A stretch of 64,000 bases of DNA from Selenomonadales bacterium (GCA_018335585.1 JAGXRZ010000046.1:11832-75831); one strand, 5' to 3'; positions 8,953 through 18,840 are shown, numbered from the stretch's first letter. Notes: generated from the sequence alone by a model not told the origin. Numbers and translations are program-made.

Positions 8953-8997
8953 GGAAACAAAAACCCAACTTACGTGTGTAGCTGGGCGTGTAAACTA

Positions 8998-9072
8998 TGG
9001 AGCGGAAGACGAGATTCGAACTCGCGACCCTCGCCTTGGCAAGGCGATGCTCTACCGCTGAGCTACTTCCGC
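8998..9072 (-). tRNA. tRNA-Gly (anticodon GCC)
   Basis: GCGGAAGTAGCTCAGCGGTAGAGCATCGCCTTGCCAAGGCGAGGGTCGCGAGTTCGAATCTCGTCTTCCGCTCCA. Anticodon loop TTGCCAA. Confidence 0.8.
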
Positions 9073-9119
9073 ATGCGTCACGTCAGGATATTAGCACACG
9101 TGTTTACGGAGTGCAAGAG

Positions 9120-9252
9120 GGGCTGCTAGATGCTGGCTCCTAGTAGAGGGATGTGCCCAGTGCCTAGTGCTCAGTGCCTAGTGCCTCAAGCTGATTGCTG
9201 AGTGCTGAGTGCCCTTCGTCTCAAAGCTCACAGCTCAAAGCTCACAGCTCAA
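9120..9252. repeat. Modular heptamer-array intergenic element (inverted orientation) between tRNA-Gly and tRNA-Phe
   Basis: GTGCCCAGTGCCTAGTGCTCAGTGCCTAGTGCC is the reverse complement of the GGGCACT/GAGCACT arrays. It is followed by TCAAAGCTCACAGCTCAAAGCTCACAGCTCAAAAG, the reverse complement of the TTGAGCT/GTGAGCT arrays. Confidence 0.7.
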
Positions 9253-9257
9253 AAGGC

Positions 9258-9333
<76 letters not shown>

Positions 9334-9344
9334 ACTTTGTGAAG

Positions 9345-9420
9345 TGGCGGAGTCGACGGGAATCGAACCCGCGATCTCCGGCGTGACAGGCCGGCATGTT
9401 AACCGCTACACTACGACTCC
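9345..9420 (-). tRNA. tRNA-Asp (anticodon GTC)
   Basis: GGAGTCGTAGTGTAGCGGTTAACATGCCGGCCTGTCACGCCGGAGATCGCGGGTTCGATTCCCGTCGACTCCGCCA. Anticodon loop CTGTCAC. Confidence 0.8.
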
Positions 9421-9424
9421 AAAA

Positions 9425-9500
9425 TGGTGGGAGCAATAGGGCTCGAACCTATGACCCCCTGCTTGTAAGGCAGGTGCTCTCCCAGCTGAGCTATGCTCCC
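9425..9500 (-). tRNA. tRNA-Val (anticodon TAC)
   Basis: GGGAGCATAGCTCAGCTGGGAGAGCACCTGCCTTACAAGCAGGGGGTCATAGGTTCGAGCCCTATTGCTCCCACCA. Anticodon loop CTTACAA. Confidence 0.8.
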
Positions 9501-9555
9501 GTGCATTTAGTAGTATACTTACTTGTTTAGCTCGCGTCAAGCAAAAAATGAATGT

Positions 9556-9640
9556 TTGTCGCTTGTCACCTGTGGCTCGTCGCTGGAGCCTGGAGGCTGG
9601 CGGCTGGCGGCTTGTGATTTGTGATTTGTGATTTGTGATT
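9556..9640. repeat. Heptamer-array element between tRNA-Val and tRNA-Arg
   Basis: GGAGCCTGGAGGCTGGCGGCTGGCGG followed by CTTGTGATTTGTGATTTGTGATTTGTGATTTG (GTGATTT x4). The GCTGGCG array recurs at 55862-55893. Confidence 0.7.
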
Positions 9641-9644
9641 TGAA

Positions 9645-9719
9645 ATGGCACGCCCGAGAGGAATCGAACCTCCGCACCCGGATCCGGAGTCCGGCGCTCT
9701 ATCCACTGAGCTACGGGCG
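9645..9719 (-). tRNA. tRNA-Arg (anticodon CCG)
   Basis: GCGCCCGTAGCTCAGTGGATAGAGCGCCGGACTCCGGATCCGGGTGCGGAGGTTCGATTCCTCTCGGGCGTGCCA. Anticodon loop CTCCGGA. Confidence 0.75.
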
Positions 9720-9750
9720 CATTTATCACTAAGACAGTATATACGTTTGC

Positions 9751-11169
9751 TTAGTGTAATGCAAGTGAAGCAAAAAGCTCCGTCCCTTTTGCTTCGTTAA
9801 CGATTGCCTTAAATTGGCGGCCGCGGTCTTCAAAGTCGCGAAACATATCGAAGCTCGCGCAGGCTGGCGAGAGCATGATGTTTGTGCCGGGCACGGCCTG
9901 TGCCTGGCACCACTCTACTGCGGCGGCAAGCGAAGGTAGAATAGCCTGCTGCACGTGTTTGCCGCTCTGTTGTTCGGCCAAGAAAATTGCCTGGGAAATT
10001 TTTTGCGCGGTTTTGCCGATAAGCGCTACGGCGCGCACGCGTTCTACTATCACGCTGGCCAGGTCGTCAAAAGGCACCTGCTTGTCAGAGCCGCCAGCGA
10101 TTAGCACGATGTCTCCCCCAATTGCCCGAATACCGGCGATGGTGCGCGTGGGGCTAGATGCGATAGAGTCGTTGTAGTACTTTACGCCGTTTAACTCGCG
10201 CACTAGCTCCAAGCGGTGTTCGACGCCCGCAAAGTCTGTCACTGCTCTCCCTATTACCGCAAGCGAAACACCTTGTACTAGGCAAGCGGCGGCCGCAGCC
10301 GCGACATTCTCTTGGTTGTGTGCGCCGCATAGCTTAAGGTCGGCCGCCGTGCAGATCTGTCCCTCGTTCCCTTGCCAGCGCGCCAGCAAGCGGCCGTTAT
10401 GCCAGTACACGCCTTCCGTGAGCTCATGTGAGCGACTAAAGAAGACCGCACGGCCGCGGGCTGACTGTGCCATGCCGCGCGTAAGCGCATCGTCGTAATT
10501 TAGTATGACCCAATCGTCAGGCTGCTGAAAGCGCCAAATATTGGCCTTAGCGGCGATATACTCCTCGTAGCTCTTGTGCACGTCTAGGTGATTAGGAGAA
10601 ATGTTTGTGATTACGGCGACATGTGGGCTCTGCCGCATCGGCATAAGCTGAAAGCTCGATAGTTCTAAGACTACCTTGTCATTGCGTTCGATTGTTTCAA
10701 CCTGCTCGATAAGCGAGTTCCCAATATTGCCCCCCAAAAACATGTTGAAACCGGCTTCCCGTAGCACCGCAGCAATCAGCGAGGTAGTGGTAGTCTTACC
10801 GTCACTTCCGGTCACCGCGGTAATCGGGGCAGGGCACAACTCACAAAAAAGCTCGATTTCGCTTGTCAGCACCGCCCCTTCTGCTACCGCCGCTACAAGC
10901 TCAGGTAAATCCGGGCGCATTATCGGGGTCTTAAAAATATAGTCAAACCCTGTGAGGTGGGCAAGATAGTCCGCGCCAAGTGTAAGCCTAACATCTAGTC
11001 CGTCAAGTAAGGCGACGACGTCCGGCATTTCGTGCGCCTGCCGTCTGTCTAACGCCGTAACTTGGGCGCCATGCCGGCACAAAAAGCGCACCAAGGGCAC
11101 GCCACTTCTTAGGCCGAGGCCCAAGACGGCGGCTTTCTTACCTTTAAGCCGACTAACTGCTGTAGACAT
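9751..11169 (-). CDS. murD: UDP-N-acetylmuramoyl-L-alanine--D-glutamate ligase
   Basis: KKAAVLGLGLRSGV at the N-terminus; GSDGKTTTT P-loop; a MurD-like C-terminus ...SPACASFDMFRDFEDRGRQFKAIV. The last ~15 codons run through a repeat-family hairpin. Confidence 0.85.
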   Translation of the reverse strand: MSTAVSRLKGKKAAVLGLGLRSGVPLVRFLCRHGAQVTALDRRQAHEMPDVVALLDGLDVRLTLGADYLAHLTGFDYIFKTPIMRPDLPELVAAVAEGAVLTSEIELFCELCPAPITAVTGSDGKTTTTSLIAAVLREAGFNMFLGGNIGNSLIEQVETIERNDKVVLELSSFQLMPMRQSPHVAVITNISPNHLDVHKSYEEYIAAKANIWRFQQPDDWVILNYDDALTRGMAQSARGRAVFFSRSHELTEGVYWHNGRLLARWQGNEGQICTAADLKLCGAHNQENVAAAAAACLVQGVSLAVIGRAVTDFAGVEHRLELVRELNGVKYYNDSIASSPTRTIAGIRAIGGDIVLIAGGSDKQVPFDDLASVIVERVRAVALIGKTAQKISQAIFLAEQQSGKHVQQAILPSLAAAVEWCQAQAVPGTNIMLSPACASFDMFRDFEDRGRQFKAIVNEAKGTELFASLALH

Positions 11170-11237
11170 GACTCAGCTCCTTATCAGGCTTGCAGACGTG
11201 CCAAGGCACATCCCTACGACATGGCAACCGCGGGCGA

Positions 11238-12086
11238 TCACCGGTAGGTATGGAATCCCTTGCCGGTCTTGCGCCCTAGGTGACCGGCCTGTACTAGGCG
11301 CCGCAGCATAGGCGCCGGCCGGTATTTATCGCCAAGGCCCGCGTGCAGGATTTCCATTATAGAGAGGCAGACATCTAGGCCAATCAGGTCTGCTAAGGCC
11401 AGTGGCCCGAGCGGATGATTGGCGCCAAGTTTCATCACGGTATCGATAGCTTCTGCGGAAGCAACGCCCTCCTGCAGGCAGAAAGCCGCCTCGTTAAGCA
11501 TAGGGACAAGCACTCTATTTATGACGAAGCCGGGGTAATCGTTAACCTCGACGCCCGTCTTTCCCATACGGGTAACTACTGACAGCGCGGCGCTAAAGGT
11601 TTCGTCACTTGTGCCTTGCGCGCGAATAACCTCCACTAGCTGCATCAGCGGCACAGGATTCATAAAGTGCATGCCTACTACCCTGTCGGGCCGCTTAGTA
11701 AAGGACGCAATTTGCGTTAAGGGGATACTCGACGTATTACTGGCGAGAATCGTGCTTGCCGCGCAAACCTTGTCAAGCTGCAGGAAGATTCCTTTCTTGA
11801 CATCTACGTTTTCGGTGACGGCCTCAATCACAAGCTCTGCTTCGACGGCGCGGTCTAGTTCCGTAGTCGTCGCGATGCGGGCAAGGATTTCTGCGCGCAG
11901 TTCGGCAGAGATTTTCCCTTTCTCGACGGCTTTACTGAGCGCGCGGTCAATGCTTTGCACGGCGCGTCCTAGGTAGGTGGCCTCTAAGTCGCAAAGCAGC
12001 ACATTGTACTTGGCTTCGGCGGCCACTTGGGCAATACCGCTGCCCATCTGTCCTGCGCCTACCACCATAATAGTCTTAATCTCCAT
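11238..12086 (-). CDS. hbd: 3-hydroxybutyryl-CoA dehydrogenase
   Basis: [23 protein letters not shown]... NAD-binding Rossmann fold plus the 3HCDH C-terminal domain. Confidence 0.8.
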   Translation of the reverse strand: MEIKTIMVVGAGQMGSGIAQVAAEAKYNVLLCDLEATYLGRAVQSIDRALSKAVEKGKISAELRAEILARIATTTELDRAVEAELVIEAVTENVDVKKGIFLQLDKVCAASTILASNTSSIPLTQIASFTKRPDRVVGMHFMNPVPLMQLVEVIRAQGTSDETFSAALSVVTRMGKTGVEVNDYPGFVINRVLVPMLNEAAFCLQEGVASAEAIDTVMKLGANHPLGPLALADLIGLDVCLSIMEILHAGLGDKYRPAPMLRRLVQAGHLGRKTGKGFHTYR

Positions 12087-12215
12087 CCTTCATCTTCCCC
12101 CTTTTCTCATCCTGCTATGCTTTCGTCGCAGCAATGTCTTTATCCTTTTACACTACAGGAGGCCCGTATATTTTTCCTGCGCGTGTTATAATGGCTTGTG
12201 TGGGAGAGTGATACT

Positions 12216-12789
12216 TTTGGACAAGCTTGGTGACCTGCGCCATATCACCCTATTCTTAAGTTTCGCTAAGGTAGGCGCCTTTACTTTTGGTGGTGGGATT
12301 GCCATGTTGCCGGTTATTCAGCGCGAAATCGTAGAAAACAGGCAGTGGCTAAACCATGAGGAGTTCGTCGATGTGCTGGCCGTAGCGCAATCGGGGCCCG
12401 GCGCGATAGCGATTAATACGGCTATCCTGACCGGCTACAAACTGCTCGGTGCGGGAGGAGTGTTATCTGCAACTGCCGGCGTTGTTGCCCCTTCGTTCTT
12501 GATCATTCTCCTTATTGCTGCTTTGTTGCCGGAATATGGCCAGTCCCCTATCCTAAGTAGTTTCTTTATGGGCGTTCGCCCGGCGGTGGTTGCGCTTATT
12601 CTCGCCGCGGCATTGAGTGTGGGCAAGAAAGCGTTGCTCGACCGGGCCAGCCTCGCATTGGCCGGTCTCGCTCTAATTGTAAGCTTGGCCCTAAACCCCC
12701 ACCCTGCGGTGCTAATCCTCTCTGCCGCACTCGTCGGCCTCGGCCGCTTTCTCGCAGCCAAGCGCAAAGCTAGGACGGATAAATCATGA
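12216..12789 (+). CDS. chrA: Chromate transporter ChrA, short-chain N-half
   Basis: LSFAKVGAFTFGGGIAMLPVIQREIVENRQWLNHEEFVDVLAVAQSGPGAIAINTA. TTG start after GGGAGAG. The upstream part of the listed ORF 11977.. is antisense overlap. Confidence 0.65.
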
Positions 12790-13304
12790 TTCTTATTCAG
12801 CTTCTGGTCAGCTTCTTTACTGTCGGTTTCTTTAGCTACGGCGGCGGGTACGCCATGATTCCGCTGATTGAGCGCGAGATTGTGCAGCGCCAGGCCTGGC
12901 TTACCCCAAGCGAGTTTCTCGACATTTTAGCTGTTGCGGAGATTACACCCGGCCCAGTGGCCATTAACTCGGCTACGTTTGTAGGTTACCGCGTCGCCGG
13001 CATTTTGGGCTCTATTATGGCCACCTTCGGCGTCGTTTTGCCTTCTTTGCTCGTAATTCTGGCGCTTTCATACCTTTACGTCAAATATCAGGGCGCGCCG
13101 GCGCTAAAGGCCGCTTTCGCCATGGTGCGGCCGATTGTCGTAGTGCTTATCTTAATGGCCGCCGTGAACATCGGCTTCCTGACCATTAAGGACGCTCGTA
13201 GCGCTGTGCTAGCCATAGCCGTGCTGGTGCTTATGCACAAGACTCGCCTTAACCCTATCTTACTGCTGGTGCTCTCGGGCGTCGTCGGAGTGTTCATCTT
13301 CTAA
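12786..13304 (+). CDS. chrA: Chromate transporter ChrA, short-chain C-half
   Basis: FFSYGGGYAMIPLIEREIVQRQAWLTPSEFLDILAVAEITPGPVAINSATFVGY. Overlapping start/stop with the N-half gene. Confidence 0.65.
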   Translation: MILIQLLVSFFTVGFFSYGGGYAMIPLIEREIVQRQAWLTPSEFLDILAVAEITPGPVAINSATFVGYRVAGILGSIMATFGVVLPSLLVILALSYLYVKYQGAPALKAAFAMVRPIVVVLILMAAVNIGFLTIKDARSAVLAIAVLVLMHKTRLNPILLLVLSGVVGVFIF

Positions 13305-13319
13305 GGAGGAAGCCACAGC

Positions 13320-14000
13320 ATGAAACTAACCCCGCGCTCCGTACTCGCCCTGCGCCTGCTTTGCCTAAGCGTAGCCTTTATGGTCATCGGGATAGCGATT
13401 GACGTGTCCATCAAAGCTAACCTCGGCGTAGGCGCATGGACTGTCTTTCACTTAGGGATTGCAGCGCACACCGGGCTGACACAGGGGCAAGTCAGCCAAG
13501 CGGTTGGCCTAGGTATTATCGCGGCAAGCTACTTTCTCGGCATCAAACCCGCTGTCGGCACCGTCCTCAACATGCTGCTTATCGGCTGGTTTTTCGATGC
13601 GTCGGTCGCGTTACGGCTCATTCCGCCGGCGTTCTCTGTTACACAAGGCTTGTTCTACCTCATCGCGGCTACGCTGCTGATGGGTTTTGGCGGAGCCATG
13701 TATATGAGCGCGGGCCTCGGAGCGGGACCGCGCGACAGCCTGATGTTAGCCCTCATCAGGCGCACAACGTGGCCGGTCCGCGCCATACGCACCGGTATGG
13801 AACTGACTGTTTTGGCTTTAGGCTGGCTACTGGGCGGACCGGTAGGCGTAGGCACAGTGTTGCTCTCTGTCAGCCTTGGCCCTGCGGTAGAACTGTGTTT
13901 TGAGCTCTTTAGGGTACTAACTGCCCACAGCGAGCTTGCCGGCACGGTCATCGATGTGCCTGTCCCAAAAACAAGTGAAAGGAAGTCTGCAAATGCGTAA
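13320..14000 (+). CDS. YczE/YitT-like integral membrane protein
   Basis: Six predicted TM helices; AIDVSIKANLGVGAWTVFHLGIAAHTGLTQGQVSQAVGLGII resembles the YczE family. Confidence 0.4.
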   Translation: MKLTPRSVLALRLLCLSVAFMVIGIAIDVSIKANLGVGAWTVFHLGIAAHTGLTQGQVSQAVGLGIIAASYFLGIKPAVGTVLNMLLIGWFFDASVALRLIPPAFSVTQGLFYLIAATLLMGFGGAMYMSAGLGAGPRDSLMLALIRRTTWPVRAIRTGMELTVLALGWLLGGPVGVGTVLLSVSLGPAVELCFELFRVLTAHSELAGTVIDVPVPKTSERKSANA

Positions 14001-15741
14001 GACCAAAATCGTCTGCACTATCGGGCCCGCTAGCTCAGGCACAGAAATGTTACGGAGCCTAATTCGCGCCGGCATGGACGTAGCACGGCTTAACTTCTCG
14101 CACGGCACACATGAAGAGCATTTAGTAAGGCTCGGGGCCATCCGCGAAGCCGCAAGGCTTGAAGGTAAGCACGTCGCGATTATGCTCGACACGAAGGGGC
14201 CGGAAATCCGCATCGGCACGTTCGCTGACGGACCTATCACGCTCGCGGCGGGGGACTTGTTTACGCTGACCACTAAGCCTGTCGCCGGGGCTAGCGAGCA
14301 AGTGAGCGTTACTTACCCCGGGCTACCAAAAGACGTGCGCCCGGGAGACCGCCTGCTGCTCGATGACGGCTTGCTAGAGCTTAAAGTCGAGAGTGTTACC
14401 GAAAGCGACGTGCGCTGCCGCGTGGTTGTGGGCGGCCCGCTAAGCAACCGCAAGGGGCTCAATGTCCCCGGCAAGCGCATCAATTTGCCGGCGCTTTCAC
14501 CACAGGATGAAGCAGACCTGCGCTTTGGCGTCACAAACGGAGTAGACCTAATCGCGGCTTCATTTATGCGCACTCCGACCGACGTTTTGGCTGTACGCAA
14601 GTTCTTGGAGTCATGCGGCGGCAGCATTCCCATTATCGCTAAAATCGAAAACAAAGAAGGCGTAGACAACCTAGACGCCATCCTAAAGGTCGCGGATGGG
14701 TTAATGGTGGCGCGAGGCGATATGGGCGTGGAGTTTCCTGCGGAGGAAGTCCCCCTCATTCAAAAGCAAATGATTCACAAAGGCAACGCCGCCGGCAAGC
14801 CCGTCATCACGGCTACGCAAATGCTGGACTCCATGATTCGCAACCCGCGCCCCACGCGGGCCGAGGCGAGCGACGTCGCTAACGCTGTCTTTGACGGCAC
14901 CGACGCCATTATGCTCTCAGGCGAGACTGCCAGCGGCAAATACCCCTTAGAATCGGTCATGACTATGGCACGCATCGCTACACGTACTGAACAAGCGCTC
15001 GCCTATAAGCCGGAGCAAAGCAATGGCTACCAAGCTGTAGCAACAGTCACCGACGCCATCAGTCACGCCACGGTGCAAGCCGCGTCTCAACTAGAGGCAG
15101 CGGCCATTATCACCTCTACGCAGTCCGGTTGGACGGCGAGAATGGTGGCCAAGTACCGACCCAAGGCCCCGATTATTGCGGTCACCACCAAAGAGGTAAC
15201 GGCGCGGCGCTTAAATCTTCTCTGGGGAGTGTACCCGGTTTTAGGTGAGACCATCGCCACCACAGACGAAATGATGGACGAGGCAGTCAAGCGTTCTCTG
15301 CAGGCTAGCCTAATTAAAAATGGCGATTTAGTAGTTATTACCGCCGGCGTTCCCGTGGGCGTACCGGGCACGACGAATTTAATTAAAGTCCATGTCGTCG
15401 GGGATGTTTTGGCCCGCGGCACCGGGATTGGCGCGCAGAACGCCGAAGGCAAAGTCTGCGTAGCTAAGAATGCAACAGAGGCGACAGCCAAGCTAAAGGA
15501 GGGGGATATCCTCGTTACCACAGCAACCGACCGCGAGTTCATGGATGTACTGCCTAAAGCGTCAGGCATTGTCGCAGAAGAAGGCGGCTTAACTTCACAC
15601 GCGGCTATTGTCGGGCTCAATTTAAACAAATCTACCATCATCGGCGTCACCGGCGCGACAGAGATTCTAAAAGACGGGCAAGTCGTCACACTTGACGGCA
15701 GCCGCGGCCTTATCTACAAAGGACACGCACAGGTAAAATGA
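13993..15741 (+). CDS. pyk: Pyruvate kinase with C-terminal PEP-utilizer domain
   Basis: MRKTKIVCTIGPASSGTEMLRSLIRAGMDVARLNFSHGTHEEH...MVARGDMGVE... and C-terminal LTSHAAIVGLNLNKSTIIGV. RBS GAAAGGAAG. Confidence 0.85.
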   Translation: MRKTKIVCTIGPASSGTEMLRSLIRAGMDVARLNFSHGTHEEHLVRLGAIREAARLEGKHVAIMLDTKGPEIRIGTFADGPITLAAGDLFTLTTKPVAGASEQVSVTYPGLPKDVRPGDRLLLDDGLLELKVESVTESDVRCRVVVGGPLSNRKGLNVPGKRINLPALSPQDEADLRFGVTNGVDLIAASFMRTPTDVLAVRKFLESCGGSIPIIAKIENKEGVDNLDAILKVADGLMVARGDMGVEFPAEEVPLIQKQMIHKGNAAGKPVITATQMLDSMIRNPRPTRAEASDVANAVFDGTDAIMLSGETASGKYPLESVMTMARIATRTEQALAYKPEQSNGYQAVATVTDAISHATVQAASQLEAAAIITSTQSGWTARMVAKYRPKAPIIAVTTKEVTARRLNLLWGVYPVLGETIATTDEMMDEAVKRSLQASLIKNGDLVVITAGVPVGVPGTTNLIKVHVVGDVLARGTGIGAQNAEGKVCVAKNATEATAKLKEGDILVTTATDREFMDVLPKASGIVAEEGGLTSHAAIVGLNLNKSTIIGVTGATEILKDGQVVTLDGSRGLIYKGHAQVK

Positions 15742-15749
15742 CGCTTGCT

Positions 15750-17150
15750 CTACCTCTGCTTGCAGAACTCGCGCGCTAGCGACACCGCCTGTTCGCGACT
15801 GACAAGTTTACCCATGGCGGCCTGCTCGCTGAGGTGGTCGAGCGTTTCACCTAGCCACTTGCCGGGCGGCAGTTTAAGCTCCTGCATTAGCTCGGGCGCC
15901 GTAATAGGGAGCGGCGGGCTTATAATCTCCGCTTTCTTAAACAACCAAGCCTCCAAAAAGGCCTCGGTCGTGCGCACGATTTGGCTATAGTCTTCTTCTG
16001 TTTGCGCTTCGCCGCCTTTCCCCCGGAAATCTGCCAGCGCAAACAGCGCCAGCGGCACGCTCTGCTCGCCGTAGCGCCGGGCTATGCGATAGATATGCCC
16101 GTTATGGAGGCGCGGCAGCCGCGCGAGCTGTCCTAAGTACATATGCCAACGCACAAAGCGAGACAAGGCCTTGTGTTCGGCTTGCGACAACTTAAGCCGC
16201 CGCGAAACAGCAGAAACCATCTCCTGCCCCACCTGTTCGTGGCGATAAAACGTAACCCTGCCGTCCTCGCGCACAGCGCGCGTCGACGGCTTTCCCATGT
16301 CATGCAGAAGTGCACCTAGCTTACATACAGCCTGTTGGTGCAAATCGAGCTTGGAGAGCTCGGCTTGTACTGCAGGAGTGAGCTTTGGGGGGAGGAAATC
16401 CGGCGAGTGCCAGATTTGCACGTAGAACCGAAACACCTGCCGGGAATGCTCGTACACGCAGTGGCTATGGTAACGGTTCTGTGTAACGCCCTTTTCGCGG
16501 GTGAGCTCCGGTAAGAGCGTGTCCCACACGCGGCAGACATCTAGCCAATCTAGCACCTGCGGGGCGGAAGGGGCATTAAGTACGCGCGCTAACTCGGGCC
16601 AGATGCGCTCCCCCGCACACTCCGTTAACAAGTGACTTGCCTCTACCGCTTGTTGTGAGAGGAGAGCGCCAGGCGAAAAATCGTATTCGGCCATCAAGCG
16701 CGCCGCCCGCAGGATACGCACAGCGTCGTTTTGCAGGGCCAGCGGGTGTGTAGTGCATAACAGCTTCTGCTTAAGATGCGCTCTGCCGCCGTGGGGGTCA
16801 TGTATTTTGTTTAGGCGACGCTCGAGGTAGTCGTCAAGCGAAAGGGCCATGGAGTTTACGGTAAAGTCGCGCTGGGCTAGGTTCGCCGTAAGCTCGCCGG
16901 TAAGGGGCGAAAGGTCGCAAGTTTCCTCCCCAACGACAAACCTGAAAAAGCCTCGTTCTCCGCTCAGCGGAAAGGGCGAACAACCGAAGACTTCTGCAAC
17001 CTCGGCTAGCAGACCCTGAAAGTCGTGGGCAGGTAGCAACAGGTCGATATCGGGGCTTATTTGCGCGCGCCCTAAGCAGAGGTCGCGCACTGCCCCGCCG
17101 ACGACGTAAATGTCCTGCCGGCGGACAAGCTGCCGTAGCTCTTCAATCAC
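15750..17150 (-). CDS. cca: CCA-adding tRNA nucleotidyltransferase with HD domain
   Basis: IYVVGGAVRDLCLGRAQISPDIDLLL matches the polymerase-beta head; ...ALLHDMGKPSTR is the HD motif. Confidence 0.8.
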   Translation of the reverse strand: MIEELRQLVRRQDIYVVGGAVRDLCLGRAQISPDIDLLLPAHDFQGLLAEVAEVFGCSPFPLSGERGFFRFVVGEETCDLSPLTGELTANLAQRDFTVNSMALSLDDYLERRLNKIHDPHGGRAHLKQKLLCTTHPLALQNDAVRILRAARLMAEYDFSPGALLSQQAVEASHLLTECAGERIWPELARVLNAPSAPQVLDWLDVCRVWDTLLPELTREKGVTQNRYHSHCVYEHSRQVFRFYVQIWHSPDFLPPKLTPAVQAELSKLDLHQQAVCKLGALLHDMGKPSTRAVREDGRVTFYRHEQVGQEMVSAVSRRLKLSQAEHKALSRFVRWHMYLGQLARLPRLHNGHIYRIARRYGEQSVPLALFALADFRGKGGEAQTEEDYSQIVRTTEAFLEAWLFKKAEIISPPLPITAPELMQELKLPPGKWLGETLDHLSEQAAMGKLVSREQAVSLAREFCKQR

Positions 17151-17204
17151 AGGAACACCCCATTCCGGTCTAAAGTTACTGCAATCTGGACAGACTCTTG
17201 CTAA

Positions 17205-17579
17205 GTGAAGTCACAGGGAGGGTCTGCCATTAAGTCATGCGCTAAAGGCTATACGCTAGTTGAGCTGTTAATCGTAGTCAGCATAATCGCCGTCATTTCG
17301 GCCCTCGTGGTGCTGCGTATACTGCCCGCGGCTGCGGGTACCGGCGACGTGGGCGCCGGCCTGATGGAGCGAGCGGCGTGGGAAGCGGCCGCATGTAGAT
17401 TTAACCAGAACATTGTGCAGAATGCAACCGAGTACTTTGCCATTGTGTACGGGCATTACCCCGCGACACCGGCTGACTTGTTTCCGCGCTTTCTCGACCG
17501 CATCCCACGCTGCCCCGCCACCGGCGCGGAGTACCATTATGACGCGCATCACCTCGTAGTATGCCCTTATCACCCGTAA
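17205..17579 (+). CDS. Prepilin-type N-terminal cleavage/methylation domain protein (pseudopilin)
   Basis: KGYTLVELLIVVSIIAVISALVVL is a class-III signal peptide. The 3' 80 nt of the gene are duplicated at 30400-30480. Confidence 0.5.
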   Translation: MKSQGGSAIKSCAKGYTLVELLIVVSIIAVISALVVLRILPAAAGTGDVGAGLMERAAWEAAACRFNQNIVQNATEYFAIVYGHYPATPADLFPRFLDRIPRCPATGAEYHYDAHHLVVCPYHP

Positions 17580-18576
17580 GGGGATTATGGCGCGATAACA
17601 AGTAGGAACGCCAAGGGTTTTTAGCCCTTGGCGTTTTGTTGCCCTGCAGCAGAGCGTACGCCCTGCCTAGGAGGGAATATGCATCGCGCGTGGCACCTGT
17701 ATTCTGAAGAAGTTCCGCACCGAAGGCCAATACATCAGAGGCATCCTTAAGGCGTTCAAGATTACAAAATTCCCTAGCAAACGATTCTACCTGTGCCAGA
17801 GCAGCTTGGGGGTCGCGCAGGAGGCGGCACTTCTCTAGCGCCCATTGGCTTTTGAGTACATCCCATGTCTCCAGGCGGGCACCATCTGACTGTAACAGGT
17901 CGCCTAGCGTGGACTCAAGACACGCAGTGTCCTCTAGCGGAAGCACTTCCTTCGTGACCAGCAGCATTTCGCGATAGGCCTTGCATTTAGTGCTAATGGG
18001 CAATCCTGCAAGAGAAGAGACTTGTGCTAGCATCTGTTTAGCTTTTTCATATTCACCCATGCACACGCTACAAGCCATCGCGGCGATTAGCGCTTCGGCC
18101 TGCATCTCGAAAAAGTTGTGTTTTTCCGCCAACGCTACGGCTTTGCGCGAGAGGTTGAGCGCGGCTCGCCACTCGCCCTGACGAACTTTGCAGCTACATT
18201 CCCCTAACAAGGCACGCAGATTCGTCTCGGTTTCGTTGTCTTCTGAGCGCCCTAATCTCCGTCGGCATATCCTCGGTGCATGAACTCGTAACCATAGACA
18301 GGAGTTCTCGTGCCTCCGCGACCTTGCCTGTAGCCAGCAACCCTTTAGCTTGATTGAGAGTAGTTTCCACCCTTTGTCTAGCCTCGTCTATAGAATCGGG
18401 CAGGAAGTGGGACAGGGGTTCTCCTAGTCTCTCTGCTATTTGTCTCAGGTTTTCGGCTGATGGCTTTACTCTGCCGAGTTCTATAGCGGAATATAGGTGC
18501 GGGACGAAATGCCCTTGGCCAAGGTGGCCTGAGTCATGCCGCGCGCCTGCCGAGCTTCCCGAATACGTAAACCAAT
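17401..18576 (-). pseudogene. RNPP-type (HTH-XRE plus TPR) transcriptional regulator, disrupted by two frameshifts
   Basis: The HTH MIGLRIREARQARGMTQATLAKGISSRTYIPL* ends at 18481. A second frame reads ...LYSAIELGRVKPSAENLRQIAERLGEPLSHF...TEIRALRRQ...*. A third frame (ORF 17401..18210) reads MLGECSCKVRQGEW...EMQAEALIAAMACSVCMGEYEKAKQML, which are TPR-like helices. Confidence 0.5.
17610..17641 (+). terminator. Intrinsic terminator after the pilin gene
   Basis: GCCAAGGG-TTTTTAG-CCCTTGGC followed by GTTTTGTTG. The same hairpin recurs at 30514-30540 and, as a variant, at 6732-6754. Confidence 0.6.
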
Positions 18577-18840
18577 CATTGCCTCACCTCGTTGTGCCGT
18601 CTTCGCCCCGGTTCTCTTCGCCGTCAAAGGGCGCTTTCCCTGCACTTCTGCTGGAGATGCCCCTACTATTCCCGGAACAATGCCCGTCGTCGCGCCTGTA
18701 TTTCGTGCGCAAAGTCTCGCTGCAGGGCCATCTAACCCAGCTCTCTTTGGAAACACAGCCTCATTCTGAAGGTGGGATGGCAAGTCTGGAACTTGACGTA
18801 TGCGCATAAAATGCGTATTATTTGATTGTGAGGTGAGGAG

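Noticed and set aside
11977-12215. N-terminal 80 codons of the listed ORF 11977..12789
   Set aside because: They overlap hbd on the opposite strand. ChrA homology begins at the TTG at 12216, which has its own RBS.
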